Translations under genes and position numbers: made by a program
Assembly (NCBI GenBank): GCA_031372065.1
Contig: JANMKN010000133.1
Coordinates: 1-34,595 of the forward strand
From: Abditibacteriaceae bacterium
GTDB taxonomy: Bacteria > Armatimonadota > Abditibacteriia > Abditibacteriales > Abditibacteriaceae
DNA length: 34,595 bases
Reading direction: 5' to 3'
The notes under the pieces: model-generated
Told to the model about the DNA's origin: nothing
Database searches by the model: none
What the model saw: only the letters and a program-made list of their open reading frames with translations
Part shown: positions 1-9,879 of the stretch, piece by piece
How positions within the stretch are numbered: position 1 is the first letter of the stretch
How the letters are laid out: the number at the start of each line of letters is the position of its first letter

Positions 1-57
1 TGGTAGAGCATCACCTTGCCAAGGTGAGGGTCGCGAGTTCAAGTCTCGTCTTCCGCT
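1..57 (+). tRNA. tRNA-Gly(GCC), 5'-truncated by window edge; CCA not encoded
   Basis: D-loop TGGTAGAGC; anticodon stem TCACC/GGTGA with loop TTGCCAA (GCC at 18-20); T-arm GCGAG-TTCAAGT-CTCGT; acceptor 3' strand CTTCCGC plus discriminator T57, followed by TTC rather than CCA. Confidence 0.95.
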
Positions 58-96
58 TTCAAAAATCAGCCGCGCCGCGAGAAATCGCAGAGAATC

Positions 97-133
97 AAGC
101 CCCGCACACGCTCGTCGTGGCGGGTTTTTTTTT
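97..133 (+). terminator. Probable intrinsic terminator after tRNA
   Basis: CCCGC-ACACG...CGTG-GCGGG hairpin followed by a 9-T run. Confidence 0.75.
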
Positions 134-194
134 GATTCCAAGAAATTTCTGGCAGACAGTCAGGCGCTGAGAAACTATAAGGAAAATTCATCGT

Positions 195-1523
195 ATGAGC
201 ACGGTTCAAAGCAGCAATGTGCAATTAAGCAACGTGACCGTTGATAAAAAAGACGGTGGTCTGGTGACGTTGAACATCGAAGTCGCGCCCGAAACGGTGC
301 GCGCCGCGCGGCAGCGCGCCATCAAAGCATGGTCCAAGCGCTTGCGCGTGCCCGGTTTTCGGCCCGGCCACATTCCGGCCAACATCGTTGTGCGGCAGGT
401 CGGCGAAGAATCGCTGGCGCAAAGTGTCAGCGACGATTTGGTGCCGCAAATTTATCAGGAAGCTTTGCAGCAAACCTCGCTGGTGCCTCTGGAGCGCGCC
501 ACCGTAGACGAACTGCCTTTCGATGCTTTTGAAGGCGACAAACCTCTCACTCTCACGGCGCACGTCATTGTGCGTCCTGAAATTGATTTAGGCGCCCTCG
601 AAAACATTGAAATCAGCAAACCCAAAGTGGAAATCAGCGACGAAGACGTGGACGCAGGCCTTGAATCGCTGCGCAACGAACGCGCTCAACTGAACAACAT
701 CGAAGGACGCGGCGCACAAAACGGCGACGTTTTAACCGCGCTTTTGCAGGTTTACATTGATAGCGAGCCGCGTTCGGAGGAACCGGCCCCGCTGCGCGCG
801 TTTATATTAGGCGAAAGCGGCTTCACGCCGAATATTGATGAATATCTCGTCGGCGCCGAACTGGATGAAACGCGTAAGTTCACCATCACTTATCCCGAAG
901 ATTTTCAAGACGAAGAACTGGCTGGCAAAGAAGGCGAATTCGAAGTCAAAATTACTGCTCTCAAAGAGCGCATTTTGCCCGAACTCAACGATGAATTCGC
1001 GCAAGCCTCTGGTTCCGAAAACTTGGAAGGTCTGCGCGAACAAATGAAGCAGTTTTTAGCTTCGCGCGCCGAGCGAGAAACTACTGAAGCGATGCGCACC
1101 GAAGTGGTGCAAAAAGCCGTCGAAGGCGCCCGTTTGGAAGTGCCGAGCGAATTAGTGGGCCGTCGCGCGCACAATCGTTTCCATGCTTTTGAACACGAAT
1201 TGCAACACCGCGAAAGCACACTCGAAGATTATCTGACCGAAAATAATCAATCGCGTGAAGAGTTCGAGGCCACTTTAGCCGAAGAAATTGGCACAGAACT
1301 CCGTCAGGAATTGGTGCTGGACGAAATTGCGATGCGCCAAAATGTCGAAGTGACCATTGAAGAAATCGAAAATCACTATCGCATGATGTCGCAAGTTTTG
1401 CGGCAACCCATTGAGCAACTCATCAACGAAGTAGACGTGGAAACCGTGCGCGCCTCCATTCGTCAACGCAAAGCCATTGACTGGCTGATGGGTAACGCGA
1501 AAATTTCTGAGGAGACTGACTAA
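195..1523 (+). CDS. tig: Trigger factor
   Basis: Ribosome-binding loop VPGFRPGHIP, FKBP-like middle domain (FTITYPEDFQDEELAGKEGEFEVKI...LPELNDEFA), canonical position upstream of clpP-clpX. Confidence 0.96.
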   Translation: MSTVQSSNVQLSNVTVDKKDGGLVTLNIEVAPETVRAARQRAIKAWSKRLRVPGFRPGHIPANIVVRQVGEESLAQSVSDDLVPQIYQEALQQTSLVPLERATVDELPFDAFEGDKPLTLTAHVIVRPEIDLGALENIEISKPKVEISDEDVDAGLESLRNERAQLNNIEGRGAQNGDVLTALLQVYIDSEPRSEEPAPLRAFILGESGFTPNIDEYLVGAELDETRKFTITYPEDFQDEELAGKEGEFEVKITALKERILPELNDEFAQASGSENLEGLREQMKQFLASRAERETTEAMRTEVVQKAVEGARLEVPSELVGRRAHNRFHAFEHELQHRESTLEDYLTENNQSREEFEATLAEEIGTELRQELVLDEIAMRQNVEVTIEEIENHYRMMSQVLRQPIEQLINEVDVETVRASIRQRKAIDWLMGNAKISEETD

Positions 1524-1649
1524 TGGGGAATGGGGAGTGCGGAATGCGGAATTTTTGAGCCTATTACGCCCAGCATATTCTGATGTTTGTGCAGGGCGTA
1601 TCAATTATCGAACTCCCCATTCCGCACTCCCCATTCCCCATTCCGCATT
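1522..1649. repeat. Inverted pair of heptamer tandem-repeat tracts (AATGGGG/AATGCGG-type)
   Basis: 1522-1546 is a perfect 25-bp inverted repeat of 1618-1642; both arms are built of 7-nt units. Confidence 0.85.
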
Positions 1650-2237
1650 ATGCTTGTTCCTTACGTTGTCGAAGACACACCGCGCGGCGAGCGCGGTTAT
1701 GACATTTACTCGCGCTTGTTGAAAGAGCGCATCATTTTGATTCACGAACCAGTCACCGATCATCTCGCTTCGGTGGTGCAGGCGCAGCTTTTGTTTTTGG
1801 AAAGCGAGGACCCGGATCGTGACATCGAAATTTACATCAACAGCCCCGGAGGCAGCGTTTACGCGGGCAACGCGATTTACGATACGATGCAAGTCATCAA
1901 ACCCGAAATCGCCACCATTTGCACCGGCTACGCGGCCTCTTATGGTGCGGTTTTGCTGTGTGCGGGCGCCAAAGGCAAACGTTATGTCACGCCACACGCC
2001 CGCGTTATGATTCACCAGCCGTCGGGCGGCTTTGAAGGCATGGCAACCGACGCCGAAATTTCCTTGCGCGAAATGCTCAAGCAAAAAGAAGCGCTCAACA
2101 AAATCATCGCCAAACACACCGAACAACCCTATGAAAAAGTCGCCGCCGACGCCGAACGTGACTTTTGGATGGGCGCCGACGAAGCCATCGAATACGGTAT
2201 GGTAGACAAACTGTTGACCCGCGAACTGCGCGGATGA
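1650..2237 (+). CDS. clpP: ATP-dependent Clp protease proteolytic subunit
   Basis: MLVPYVVE...[25 protein letters not shown], catalytic Ser (AASYG), His (IHQPSGG), Asp (ERDFWM). Start set at ATG 1650 because the upstream extension is translated repeat. Confidence 0.97.
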   Translation: MLVPYVVEDTPRGERGYDIYSRLLKERIILIHEPVTDHLASVVQAQLLFLESEDPDRDIEIYINSPGGSVYAGNAIYDTMQVIKPEIATICTGYAASYGAVLLCAGAKGKRYVTPHARVMIHQPSGGFEGMATDAEISLREMLKQKEALNKIIAKHTEQPYEKVAADAERDFWMGADEAIEYGMVDKLLTRELRG

Positions 2238-2243
2238 AAAGGC

Positions 2244-2323
2244 AGTTTTGAATTAAGAGTTAGGAGTTTTGAGTTGAAGTAAATATCTTTAACTCAAAAC
2301 TCTTAGCTCTTAACTCTTTAACT
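2244..2323. repeat. Inverted pair of heptamer tracts (AGTTTTG/AACTCTT-type)
   Basis: 2254-2275 vs 2291-2312 inverted, 20/22 match, 7-nt periodic. Confidence 0.75.
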
Positions 2324-2341
2324 GTCCCGAAGGGACTTTCT

Positions 2342-3712
2342 ATGCCGATGTTTGGCGAAGACCGCGAAAATTTACGTTGCTCGTTTTGCGGCAAGCGGCG
2401 CGAGCAGGTCACAAATTTAATCGCTGGGCCGGGCGTTTATATTTGTGTGGATTGCGTTGATTTATGCAACGAAATCATTGGCCGCGCCGACGATCCTGAA
2501 ACGTCCGAAGCGCTTGAATCGCTGCGCGCTCTACCCAAGCCTAAAGAGATCGTGCAGGTGCTGGATTCTTACGTTATCGGCCAGGAACGCGCCAAGAAAA
2601 ATCTCGCCGTCGCGGTTTACAATCACTATAAGCGCATCGCCATGCAAGAAATTGGCGGGCGCGATGAAGTCGAACTCGAAAAAAGTAATATTTTATTAAT
2701 CGGCCCCACCGGTAGCGGTAAAACGCTGCTGGCGCGCACCTTGGCGCGAATGCTGAATGTGCCGTTTACCATCGCCGATGCCACAGCGCTTACTGAAGCT
2801 GGCTATGTCGGCGAAGATGTCGAAAATATTCTTTTAAAGTTGTATCAAGCCGCTGACGGCGACATCGAGGCGGTGCAGCGCGGCATCATTTACGTTGACG
2901 AGATTGATAAAATTTCGCGCAAAGGTGAAAATCCTTCGATTACGCGCGATGTTTCGGGCGAAGGCGTGCAACAGGGGCTTTTAAAAATTCTCGAAGGCAC
3001 TATCGCCAATATTCCGCCACAAGGCGGGCGCAAACATCCCAACGCCGAATATATTCAAATTGATACTTCCGGCATTTTATTTATTTGCGGCGGCTCGTTT
3101 GAAGGCTTGGACAAAATCATCGAACGCCGCACCCATGAAGTCAGTTTAGGCTTGCGCGCCACGCCGACCAGCAAAATCAAAGACTCTATGGAGCGTTCGC
3201 GTTTGCTACAACACGTCACGCCGGACGACCTTGTAAAGCACGGCTTCATCCCCGAATTAATCGGACGTTTGCCGGTTATCACCACGCTCGACCCGCTGGA
3301 TGAAGAAGCAATGGTTTCGATTTTGACCGAGCCGAAAAACGCGCTGACCAAGCAATACAACAAGATGCTGCAAGCCGATGGCGTCGAAGTGAAATTCACC
3401 ACCGAAGCGCTCAAACTCATCGCCCAACGCGCGATGGAACGCAGAACCGGCGCCCGCGCCTTGCGTTCGATTCTCGAAGAAACAATGATGAACGTGATGT
3501 TTGAAGTGCCTTCGATGCGTGGCATCGCGCAATGTTTGGTGGACGAAGAAACCATCCGCGATAAAAAAGACCCCAAACTTTTCACGCGCGAGGAAATGCT
3601 GCTCAAAGGCGAAGAACCGCGCGCAGAAAAGCGCACGCTCAACAAACCAACGCGCAAGCCCAAACCGGCACCCGAACCCGATATGGACGACGAACCGGCA
3701 GAAGCCGCGTAA
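2342..3712 (+). CDS. clpX: ATP-dependent Clp protease ATP-binding subunit ClpX
   Basis: C4 zinc finger CSFC...CVDC, Walker [45 protein letters not shown]. Confidence 0.98.
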   Translation: MPMFGEDRENLRCSFCGKRREQVTNLIAGPGVYICVDCVDLCNEIIGRADDPETSEALESLRALPKPKEIVQVLDSYVIGQERAKKNLAVAVYNHYKRIAMQEIGGRDEVELEKSNILLIGPTGSGKTLLARTLARMLNVPFTIADATALTEAGYVGEDVENILLKLYQAADGDIEAVQRGIIYVDEIDKISRKGENPSITRDVSGEGVQQGLLKILEGTIANIPPQGGRKHPNAEYIQIDTSGILFICGGSFEGLDKIIERRTHEVSLGLRATPTSKIKDSMERSRLLQHVTPDDLVKHGFIPELIGRLPVITTLDPLDEEAMVSILTEPKNALTKQYNKMLQADGVEVKFTTEALKLIAQRAMERRTGARALRSILEETMMNVMFEVPSMRGIAQCLVDEETIRDKKDPKLFTREEMLLKGEEPRAEKRTLNKPTRKPKPAPEPDMDDEPAEAA

Positions 3713-3755
3713 AAAGAAGCCGCCTCTGAAAATTTTCAGAGGCGGCTTCTTTTTT
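3711..3755. terminator. Terminator, perfect 44-bp palindrome
   Basis: AAAAAGAAGCCGCCTCTGAAAA|TTTTCAGAGGCGGCTTCTTTTT immediately after the clpX stop. Confidence 0.9.
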
Positions 3756-3859
3756 GGCATATCTTTTCAAAATCCTCTGACATCGTCGGAAATCGCATAT
3801 AATATAGCGTTGTCTATTCATGGCTGACGCAGTTGTCAGATTTTCTTATTTCCTGCACC

Positions 3860-5905
3860 ATGAGCAACCATCAGCGAAAAACTTCATCTCCCCCAGCCAC
3901 AGCAGCGGCGCGGCAACAGCGTTGGGTGCCGTATCTTTTGCTGACCTGCCTCATGACTTTGTTCGCCCGCGTGCCGCATGAGGAAGGCTGGCATATTGCG
4001 GATTATCTTGATACTTTTGGTTTGGACGGCTGCTTTGTGCGGCGCGGCGCTTTGCCCACAGACTTTGTCGCCAACAAACTGGTGCCCACAAAAGATTTTC
4101 TGCTTATCGAGGTGCCGCATAATGCTCCGCCGGAATTAATACCGAAACTCCTACGCCAACTCAAGCCCGCTAAAGTTGTGGCGATTGATGTGATATTCGC
4201 CAATAAACGCGCTGAAATTCCTCCCGCACACTTACATCTCTTTGGCGCGGAGCCTGCGCGATGGCAACGTGAAGATAACCTGTTGGCTGCTGCTATCAAA
4301 GAAAGCGGCAATGTCATCATCGGTTGTTGGCCGAATACAAAGCGTGTGCCGGTGCCGGGGAAACTCAATAAAACCACCCCGCTGATTGAATGGCAGCATC
4401 CCCCCGATGTGATTTGGAACGCCGCACGCTGGCACGCCCATTTGCTCGTTGAACCTTCGCCAATAGATGGAAAAACACGCTCAGTTCATCTTTTTAAAGA
4501 CGTAAAATTCTCAGATACCAAAACTGCTCTGCAAATGCCCTCCTTGAGTTTGGCCGCCGCTGCCGCGTCGGAAAACTTGACGCAAAACCAACTTGGCCAT
4601 CTTAAAATTCAACGCAACCAACTGACGCTGGGAAACCACACCGTGTCCGTGCCCCAAGATGGCCTGATGACCATTGATTATTTGGGCGGACGCGAAGAAT
4701 TCGATAACAGCGCTATTCATTGGAACTACAGCTTCGCGATTGACGACATCGGCCCGGAAGATGTCGCCGGTAAAATTGTGTTTTTAGGACGCACCGATTT
4801 CACCGCGAAAGATGATTTCACTACGCCTTTTGACAATATGCCCGGTGTTCATGTCCATATGCACGCCGTTTCCACGCTACTGGGTTCGGAGCGGGCGCCA
4901 TCGGAGATTGCTTTTTGGCAAACATGGTTGATTGCCTTTGCTTGTTGCATTGTGTTGGTGCTGTCGCTGCAAAGGTTGTCTTTAATGGGCAGCCTCGCGG
5001 TGGGCCTTCTTTTGTGCGTTTTGATATTCCTGAGTTGCTACCAACTATTCATTGATTACCATCGTTATTTTCCCACCAGTGTGCCAGTTTTAGCGGTGAT
5101 TCTCACCTACAATGGCATAGCGCTTTTTGAATATGGGCGCACGCGCGCTGTGCTGGCCAAGTTTGTCGGGCGTGATTTCGTCCGCACTCTAATGCACCCA
5201 CTGCGCAGTCTGTCGCTTGGCGGACAATCCGAAGTTGCCACGGCGTTTTTCTGCGATTTGCGAGGCTTTAGCACGGCTTCAGAGCATCTGCCGTCCAGCA
5301 CTACAGAACCGCTCGTGACAGCCTACACCTCCACGGTTACCGAAGTCGCCATGCGTTTTGGCGGGCGCGTCATAGATTATTTTGGCGATGGTATTTTCAT
5401 TCTTTTTCAAGAATCCAGCAAAAAATCCGACGCGAACCATGCCGTTCGTGCCGTGCAAGCCGCAGTGCAAGCCCAAACCGCTCTGGCCAAGGTGTTAACC
5501 AATTGGACAAAACTGGCGGGCGTCGAACTGACATTCGCGGTGGGAATCAACTCAGGGGAAATGATTATCGGCGTGATTGGCTCTGAAGAACACATGAAAC
5601 TCGGCGCTGTTGGCGATACCGTCAATGTCGCAGCCCGCGTGCAGGGATTGACCAATCAATGCGATTATGGCATCCTTGTCACCAAAGAAACGCAAGATTT
5701 AATCGGTGACCAAATAGCGCTGACATCTTGCGGCCAATTCGCTGTCAAAGGGCGCCAACAGGAAGTCTGGCTTTTCGGCACAGGCCAAGTCAAACAAGCG
5801 ATGATTAAAACCGATGAGGTTGAAGCCAAAGCCGTAGATTCGATGAGCCTGATTAACCAAGCGCCCTCCGTGGAATTACGAGAGTTAAATAAACCTAATG
5901 TGTGA
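3860..5905 (+). CDS. CHASE2-domain class III nucleotidyl (adenylate/guanylate) cyclase
   Basis: N-terminal hydrophobic helix; CHASE2 motifs (AKVVAIDVIF, DNLLAAAIKESGNVI, GKIVFLG, TPFDNMPGVHVHMHAVSTLL); 3 TM helices; cyclase motifs FCDLRGFS, GDG, GINSGEMIIG, GDTVNVAAR, VKGR. ATG 3860 preferred over TTG 3833. Confidence 0.92.
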   Translation: MSNHQRKTSSPPATAAARQQRWVPYLLLTCLMTLFARVPHEEGWHIADYLDTFGLDGCFVRRGALPTDFVANKLVPTKDFLLIEVPHNAPPELIPKLLRQLKPAKVVAIDVIFANKRAEIPPAHLHLFGAEPARWQREDNLLAAAIKESGNVIIGCWPNTKRVPVPGKLNKTTPLIEWQHPPDVIWNAARWHAHLLVEPSPIDGKTRSVHLFKDVKFSDTKTALQMPSLSLAAAAASENLTQNQLGHLKIQRNQLTLGNHTVSVPQDGLMTIDYLGGREEFDNSAIHWNYSFAIDDIGPEDVAGKIVFLGRTDFTAKDDFTTPFDNMPGVHVHMHAVSTLLGSERAPSEIAFWQTWLIAFACCIVLVLSLQRLSLMGSLAVGLLLCVLIFLSCYQLFIDYHRYFPTSVPVLAVILTYNGIALFEYGRTRAVLAKFVGRDFVRTLMHPLRSLSLGGQSEVATAFFCDLRGFSTASEHLPSSTTEPLVTAYTSTVTEVAMRFGGRVIDYFGDGIFILFQESSKKSDANHAVRAVQAAVQAQTALAKVLTNWTKLAGVELTFAVGINSGEMIIGVIGSEEHMKLGAVGDTVNVAARVQGLTNQCDYGILVTKETQDLIGDQIALTSCGQFAVKGRQQEVWLFGTGQVKQAMIKTDEVEAKAVDSMSLINQAPSVELRELNKPNV

Positions 5906-5918
5906 ATAATCCATTTTA

Positions 5919-6105
5919 GGGCAAGCAAAAAAATGCACTTTCAGCCGAAGGCGTGCTTTGGCGGAAGGCAAAAAGACATTTTCAGCCGAAAATGTGTTTT
6001 GAGGCAAGCAAGAAACACATTTTCAGCTGAAAATGTGTTTTGAGGCAATCAAAAAAGGCATTTTCGGCTGAAAATGTCTTTTGAGGCCAAGCAAAAAAGG
6101 CATTA
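5919..6105. repeat. About 4.5 imperfect 41-bp tandem repeats, each with an internal palindrome
   Basis: Units in phase at 5935, 5976, 6017, 6058, 6100; core (A/G)CATTTTC(AGCCG/AGCTG/GGCTG)AAAATG(T). Confidence 0.85.
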
Positions 6106-6122
6106 CATTAACCTAAGTTGCT

Positions 6123-6260
6123 ACCTATAACCCACCCGTAAACGAGTGGGCTGAAAGGAATCAAAAGCCTCGTGAACGAGGCTGGACTTGCCATCTTTAG
6201 CCTCGTTTACGAGGCTTTTGAAAGGTCAGCCCATTGCTTTAGCGGTGGGCTGCAATAGGT
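6123..6260. repeat. Nested palindromic REP-like element
   Basis: 6161-6183 TCAAAAGCCTCGTGAACGAGGCT inverted vs 6199-6221 (22/23); outer CCCA...TGGG hairpins at both ends; ACCTAT/ATAGGT termini. Confidence 0.7.
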
Positions 6261-6290
6261 GACAACTTGGGTTACAGCAGGTTTAAACAG

Positions 6291-9200
6291 ATGAAATCTA
6301 AGCATTTTCGTTATTCTTACACAGTTTCGTTTCTCGTGGTTTTGGGCACCTTTGGCACTTCCGCGCAAGCGCGTTTGGTGGGCAAAGTGCGCGGCATCCA
6401 CCCGCCTGTCGAAATGCGTCTGGGGCAAAATGGCACATGGCAACCAGCCGCAGATCGTTCCAGTATGTTGCCGGGGCAATACATTCGCTCTGGTTCTACC
6501 GGCTCTGCGTCGCTGAATTTCACCAGTGGCACGCGCGTTGTGCTTAATGCGAAAACGCAAGTGTTTATCGAGGGCGACGACACAGCGGCCCAACCATTGG
6601 CCCTTCGCGTTTTTGGCGCGCTGTCGCAAATTGTGGTGCGCTCTAAAGGCCCGATGCAAATTCGCGCGGCGGCGGCCATCGCTGCGCCACGCGGCACTGA
6701 ATACATGGTGACGCTGACCGATGAAAACACCATGGTCTTAACCGTCGCCGAAGGTTCAGTGCATTTTTACAACGCGCAGGGCGAGCAAATTGTGGGCGTC
6801 AACCAGCAAAGCACCGCCAAAGTGGGTCAGGCGCCGACGCCGCCGATGGCCGTAGATGCGTCCGGCCTGATGCAATGGGCTTTCGCTGTGGACGCCTTGC
6901 CCGTCGAATTTGAAATGCCCTCGAATGCCAAAGGCGATGTGGCGACGCTACGCGCTGCCGCTAATGCCAATCCCAACAATGCCGCCGCGCAAATAGCGCT
7001 GGGGGAAACGCTGCGACAAAGCGGCGACGCCAATGGCGCTGTCGCCGCTTATCAAAAAGCGGTGCAACTGGCGCCAAATGACACCGCGCGCGTTGGTTTG
7101 GCCGTCGCTTTGTTGGCGCGCAATGATGTAACGGCGGCGGGCAATGCGTTAGCCGCGAATCCCAACAGCGCCTTGGAATTAGCCGCGCGAGGTCTGGTGC
7201 AACTGCGCGCCAACGACGTGAACGCCGCCGTGCAATCGCTGACAGCAGCCGCGCAGCGCGACCCGCAAATGGCACAGGCGCCTTCCCTGTTGGCCTTGGC
7301 GCATCTCACGCAGAACAAAACAAACGACGCCATCGCCGATGCTCGTCGCGCCGTGCAATTAGCGCCAAATTCCTCGCAGGCGCAATCGGCGCTGTCATTG
7401 GCCTTGTTTTATGCCGGACAAACAAAAGAAGCCTCGCGCGCGGCAGCGCGGGCCGTGCAACTCAACCCCGAATCGCCCTTTGCCTTGTTGGTGCAAGGTC
7501 AGGCGCTTTTGGCGCAGCATCAAACCGATGCAGCGCGCACGACTTTGCAGCAAGCCGAAGGACTGGCGCCGAATCTTCCGTTGATTCAGTCCAATTTAGC
7601 CGCCGCTTATAATCGCCTCGATATGCCGCAGCGCGCTGAAAAAGCCTATCGCCGCGTGCTGGAAAAATCACCCGATTCCGCCGCCGCACACGCCGGTTTG
7701 GGCGGCGTTCTTCTTTCGTCGGGACACCCTAAAGAAGCTTTAGCCGAACTGCAACGCGCCGTCGAATTGGAACCGAACAATGTCTTGGCCCGCGCCAATT
7801 TGGCGCTGTATAACATCGAAATGGGCGACTTCGCTGCCGCAAAACAGGGCGCTGCCACGCTCGGCGACGACCCGGCCAGCGGCTTATTGTATATTCGCCT
7901 CTCGGACGCCAGTTTGTTTCAGCAAAAACTGTTTGAGGCGCAGGAATTCGCGCGCAAAGCCGTGAAACTCTTGCCTGATTCGGCCCCGGCACATTATCAA
8001 CTGGGCCGCGTTTATCGTGAGCAAGAGCGCAGCGTGCAAGCCGAACAGGAATTCCGGCAGGCCGTCATTCTCGACCCGCAATTTGCCGAGGCGCGTTTTG
8101 CATTGGGCCTGGCACGCGAAGCCGCCGAAAGCGGCAAAGACTTTGGCCGCCCGCTTAGTGCCATCGCTTCCAATGCCAGCGGGCCGCGTCAGGCGCTGAA
8201 CATTCAAAACTTGCAAACACCGGGCGCCGAAGACCGCTTGCAAGCCGCCATTCAAGACCCGTCTGTGGTGCGTAATGCCTCGCGCGCCTTTGGCGACAAC
8301 CAAATCGAAGGCGGCATCGGCGAAAATAACACCAACAACATCGGCCTGTCACATTTGCAAGACATCAACAACCGGCGCGGCAGTTTCGGCGCTTCGGTTA
8401 GTCGCAGTCATACCGACGGCGTGTGGCCTACCGCTGGTTTGACGCAGGAAAATATCGGCATTTTTGCCGGCAGTAAAAAACCGGACACCCCATCGGGCTT
8501 CTTTGCCCTTGGTCAAGTCAATCGCACCCGATTTGGAGATGATTCGGGACCAACTGCCCTACCAGCGGGAATAGCATTCAATACCCAAAAAACCATCCCT
8601 TTTACGGTGTTAGGCTATAACGATCAGACCACCGAAGATCAGCGCACTCGTTTTCTGCTGGCCTTTGATAATCCTAAGCAAGACAGCCTTGCGCCGAATG
8701 GCAGTTTTCTTAACACCAAAGGGCGCAGTATTCATGGTGAATTTCGTCACGATTTGTCGGTGGGCACTAATCATAACCTCAGTTTGGGTGCCTCGTTAGG
8801 CACCCGGCGTTTTGATGTGGATTTCTTAGCCAAAACGCCTCCCGGCCTTCCTTTTCCTGATTTTCGCCTTAAAACAGACAATCGCGTGGAACAAGAAAGT
8901 CTTTATCTGCGCGATGCCTTTCGCCTCGCCTCAAAATTGTCTATCATGGCCGAAATTAAGATGGTGCGAGTAGAAAACCGAAATACCAAAACGGTATTTG
9001 CACCAAGTAACGCCGAAAAGGAAACCACAGCAGGAGTCCCCAATCTGGTTACCAATTATCGTTTAGGACGAGGCAGCGAATTACGTTTCCGGGCGCGCGG
9101 TTTGGTAGGTGGCGTGAACGATTTCGATTTGCTTGCTCCTACTGATGTCTTCCTTTATAGCTTTGAGGGAGTGCCTTCGTTGAAATTGAACTCGCGGGGC

Positions 9201-9758
9201 AGTTCGTATGAATTGGAACTTAGCCACCAACTGGGCAAAGGATCGTTTTTGCGGTTTGGCGCCTTTCAGCGTAATCTTGATGCGGTGACCTTGGATAGTG
9301 GAGAACCTATCACCGACACGAAATTTCGCTCGGTGCGGGCGCTTGTTGAAGGCTCCTTAACAGCATCAACCACTTATTTCATCGGCACCAATTTCAACGA
9401 CGCGAAGGGCCTTATTACCTTTGATGATGGCAGCGTTGACAACAATTATCAACTGACCCGTGTGCCCCGATTCAGTATGGAAACCGGCCTACAATTCTTA
9501 AATCACAAAGGTTGGTTTGTGCAGCCAACGATTGCCTATATTGGCTCGCGATTGCAACCCGGCGACGGCACACCGCGCGCTAAATTGGGCAGTTTTACTT
9601 TAGTGAATCTCCGCGTCGGAAAGCGTGCAGGATTGCGCTCGACGATTTTTATCGAAGCGGCCAACCTTACCAACCAAAATTACGTTGCGCCCGGTGGATT
9701 TCAAGGCGAACAACAACCGGGCCGACAATTTCGCGCAGGCATGGAGCGACGGTTTTAG
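6291..9758 (+). CDS. FecR-domain / TPR-repeat / outer-membrane beta-barrel (TonB-receptor-like) protein
   Basis: Signal peptide ending SAQA; FecR signature (IRSGSTGSASLNF...AAPRGTEYMV...VAEGSV); many TPRs (AYQKAVQLAP, RRAVQLAP, FRQAVILDP); C-terminal amphipathic strands, NLTNQNY...PGRQFRAGMERRF with terminal Phe. Confidence 0.85.
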   Translation: MKSKHFRYSYTVSFLVVLGTFGTSAQARLVGKVRGIHPPVEMRLGQNGTWQPAADRSSMLPGQYIRSGSTGSASLNFTSGTRVVLNAKTQVFIEGDDTAAQPLALRVFGALSQIVVRSKGPMQIRAAAAIAAPRGTEYMVTLTDENTMVLTVAEGSVHFYNAQGEQIVGVNQQSTAKVGQAPTPPMAVDASGLMQWAFAVDALPVEFEMPSNAKGDVATLRAAANANPNNAAAQIALGETLRQSGDANGAVAAYQKAVQLAPNDTARVGLAVALLARNDVTAAGNALAANPNSALELAARGLVQLRANDVNAAVQSLTAAAQRDPQMAQAPSLLALAHLTQNKTNDAIADARRAVQLAPNSSQAQSALSLALFYAGQTKEASRAAARAVQLNPESPFALLVQGQALLAQHQTDAARTTLQQAEGLAPNLPLIQSNLAAAYNRLDMPQRAEKAYRRVLEKSPDSAAAHAGLGGVLLSSGHPKEALAELQRAVELEPNNVLARANLALYNIEMGDFAAAKQGAATLGDDPASGLLYIRLSDASLFQQKLFEAQEFARKAVKLLPDSAPAHYQLGRVYREQERSVQAEQEFRQAVILDPQFAEARFALGLAREAAESGKDFGRPLSAIASNASGPRQALNIQNLQTPGAEDRLQAAIQDPSVVRNASRAFGDNQIEGGIGENNTNNIGLSHLQDINNRRGSFGASVSRSHTDGVWPTAGLTQENIGIFAGSKKPDTPSGFFALGQVNRTRFGDDSGPTALPAGIAFNTQKTIPFTVLGYNDQTTEDQRTRFLLAFDNPKQDSLAPNGSFLNTKGRSIHGEFRHDLSVGTNHNLSLGASLGTRRFDVDFLAKTPPGLPFPDFRLKTDNRVEQESLYLRDAFRLASKLSIMAEIKMVRVENRNTKTVFAPSNAEKETTAGVPNLVTNYRLGRGSELRFRARGLVGGVNDFDLLAPTDVFLYSFEGVPSLKLNSRGSSYELELSHQLGKGSFLRFGAFQRNLDAVTLDSGEPITDTKFRSVRALVEGSLTASTTYFIGTNFNDAKGLITFDDGSVDNNYQLTRVPRFSMETGLQFLNHKGWFVQPTIAYIGSRLQPGDGTPRAKLGSFTLVNLRVGKRAGLRSTIFIEAANLTNQNYVAPGGFQGEQQPGRQFRAGMERRF

Positions 9759-9879
9759 CCGAAAAAGCAAAGCGCTAATTACACCTTTACAAAATAGGCC
9801 AAAGTTCGTAAAATTCGGCAAGCAATCGAGAACATTCGTTCATTTCGATTGATAATCTGGATTTAAGAAAGGGTGCACA

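Noticed and set aside
1587..1649. N-terminal extension of ClpP and ORF 1537..1722
   Set aside because: Translation of heptamer repeats (PHSPFR); the conserved ClpP start is ATG 1650
5919..6105. CRISPR array
   Set aside because: No unique spacers, repeats are degenerate, no cas genes
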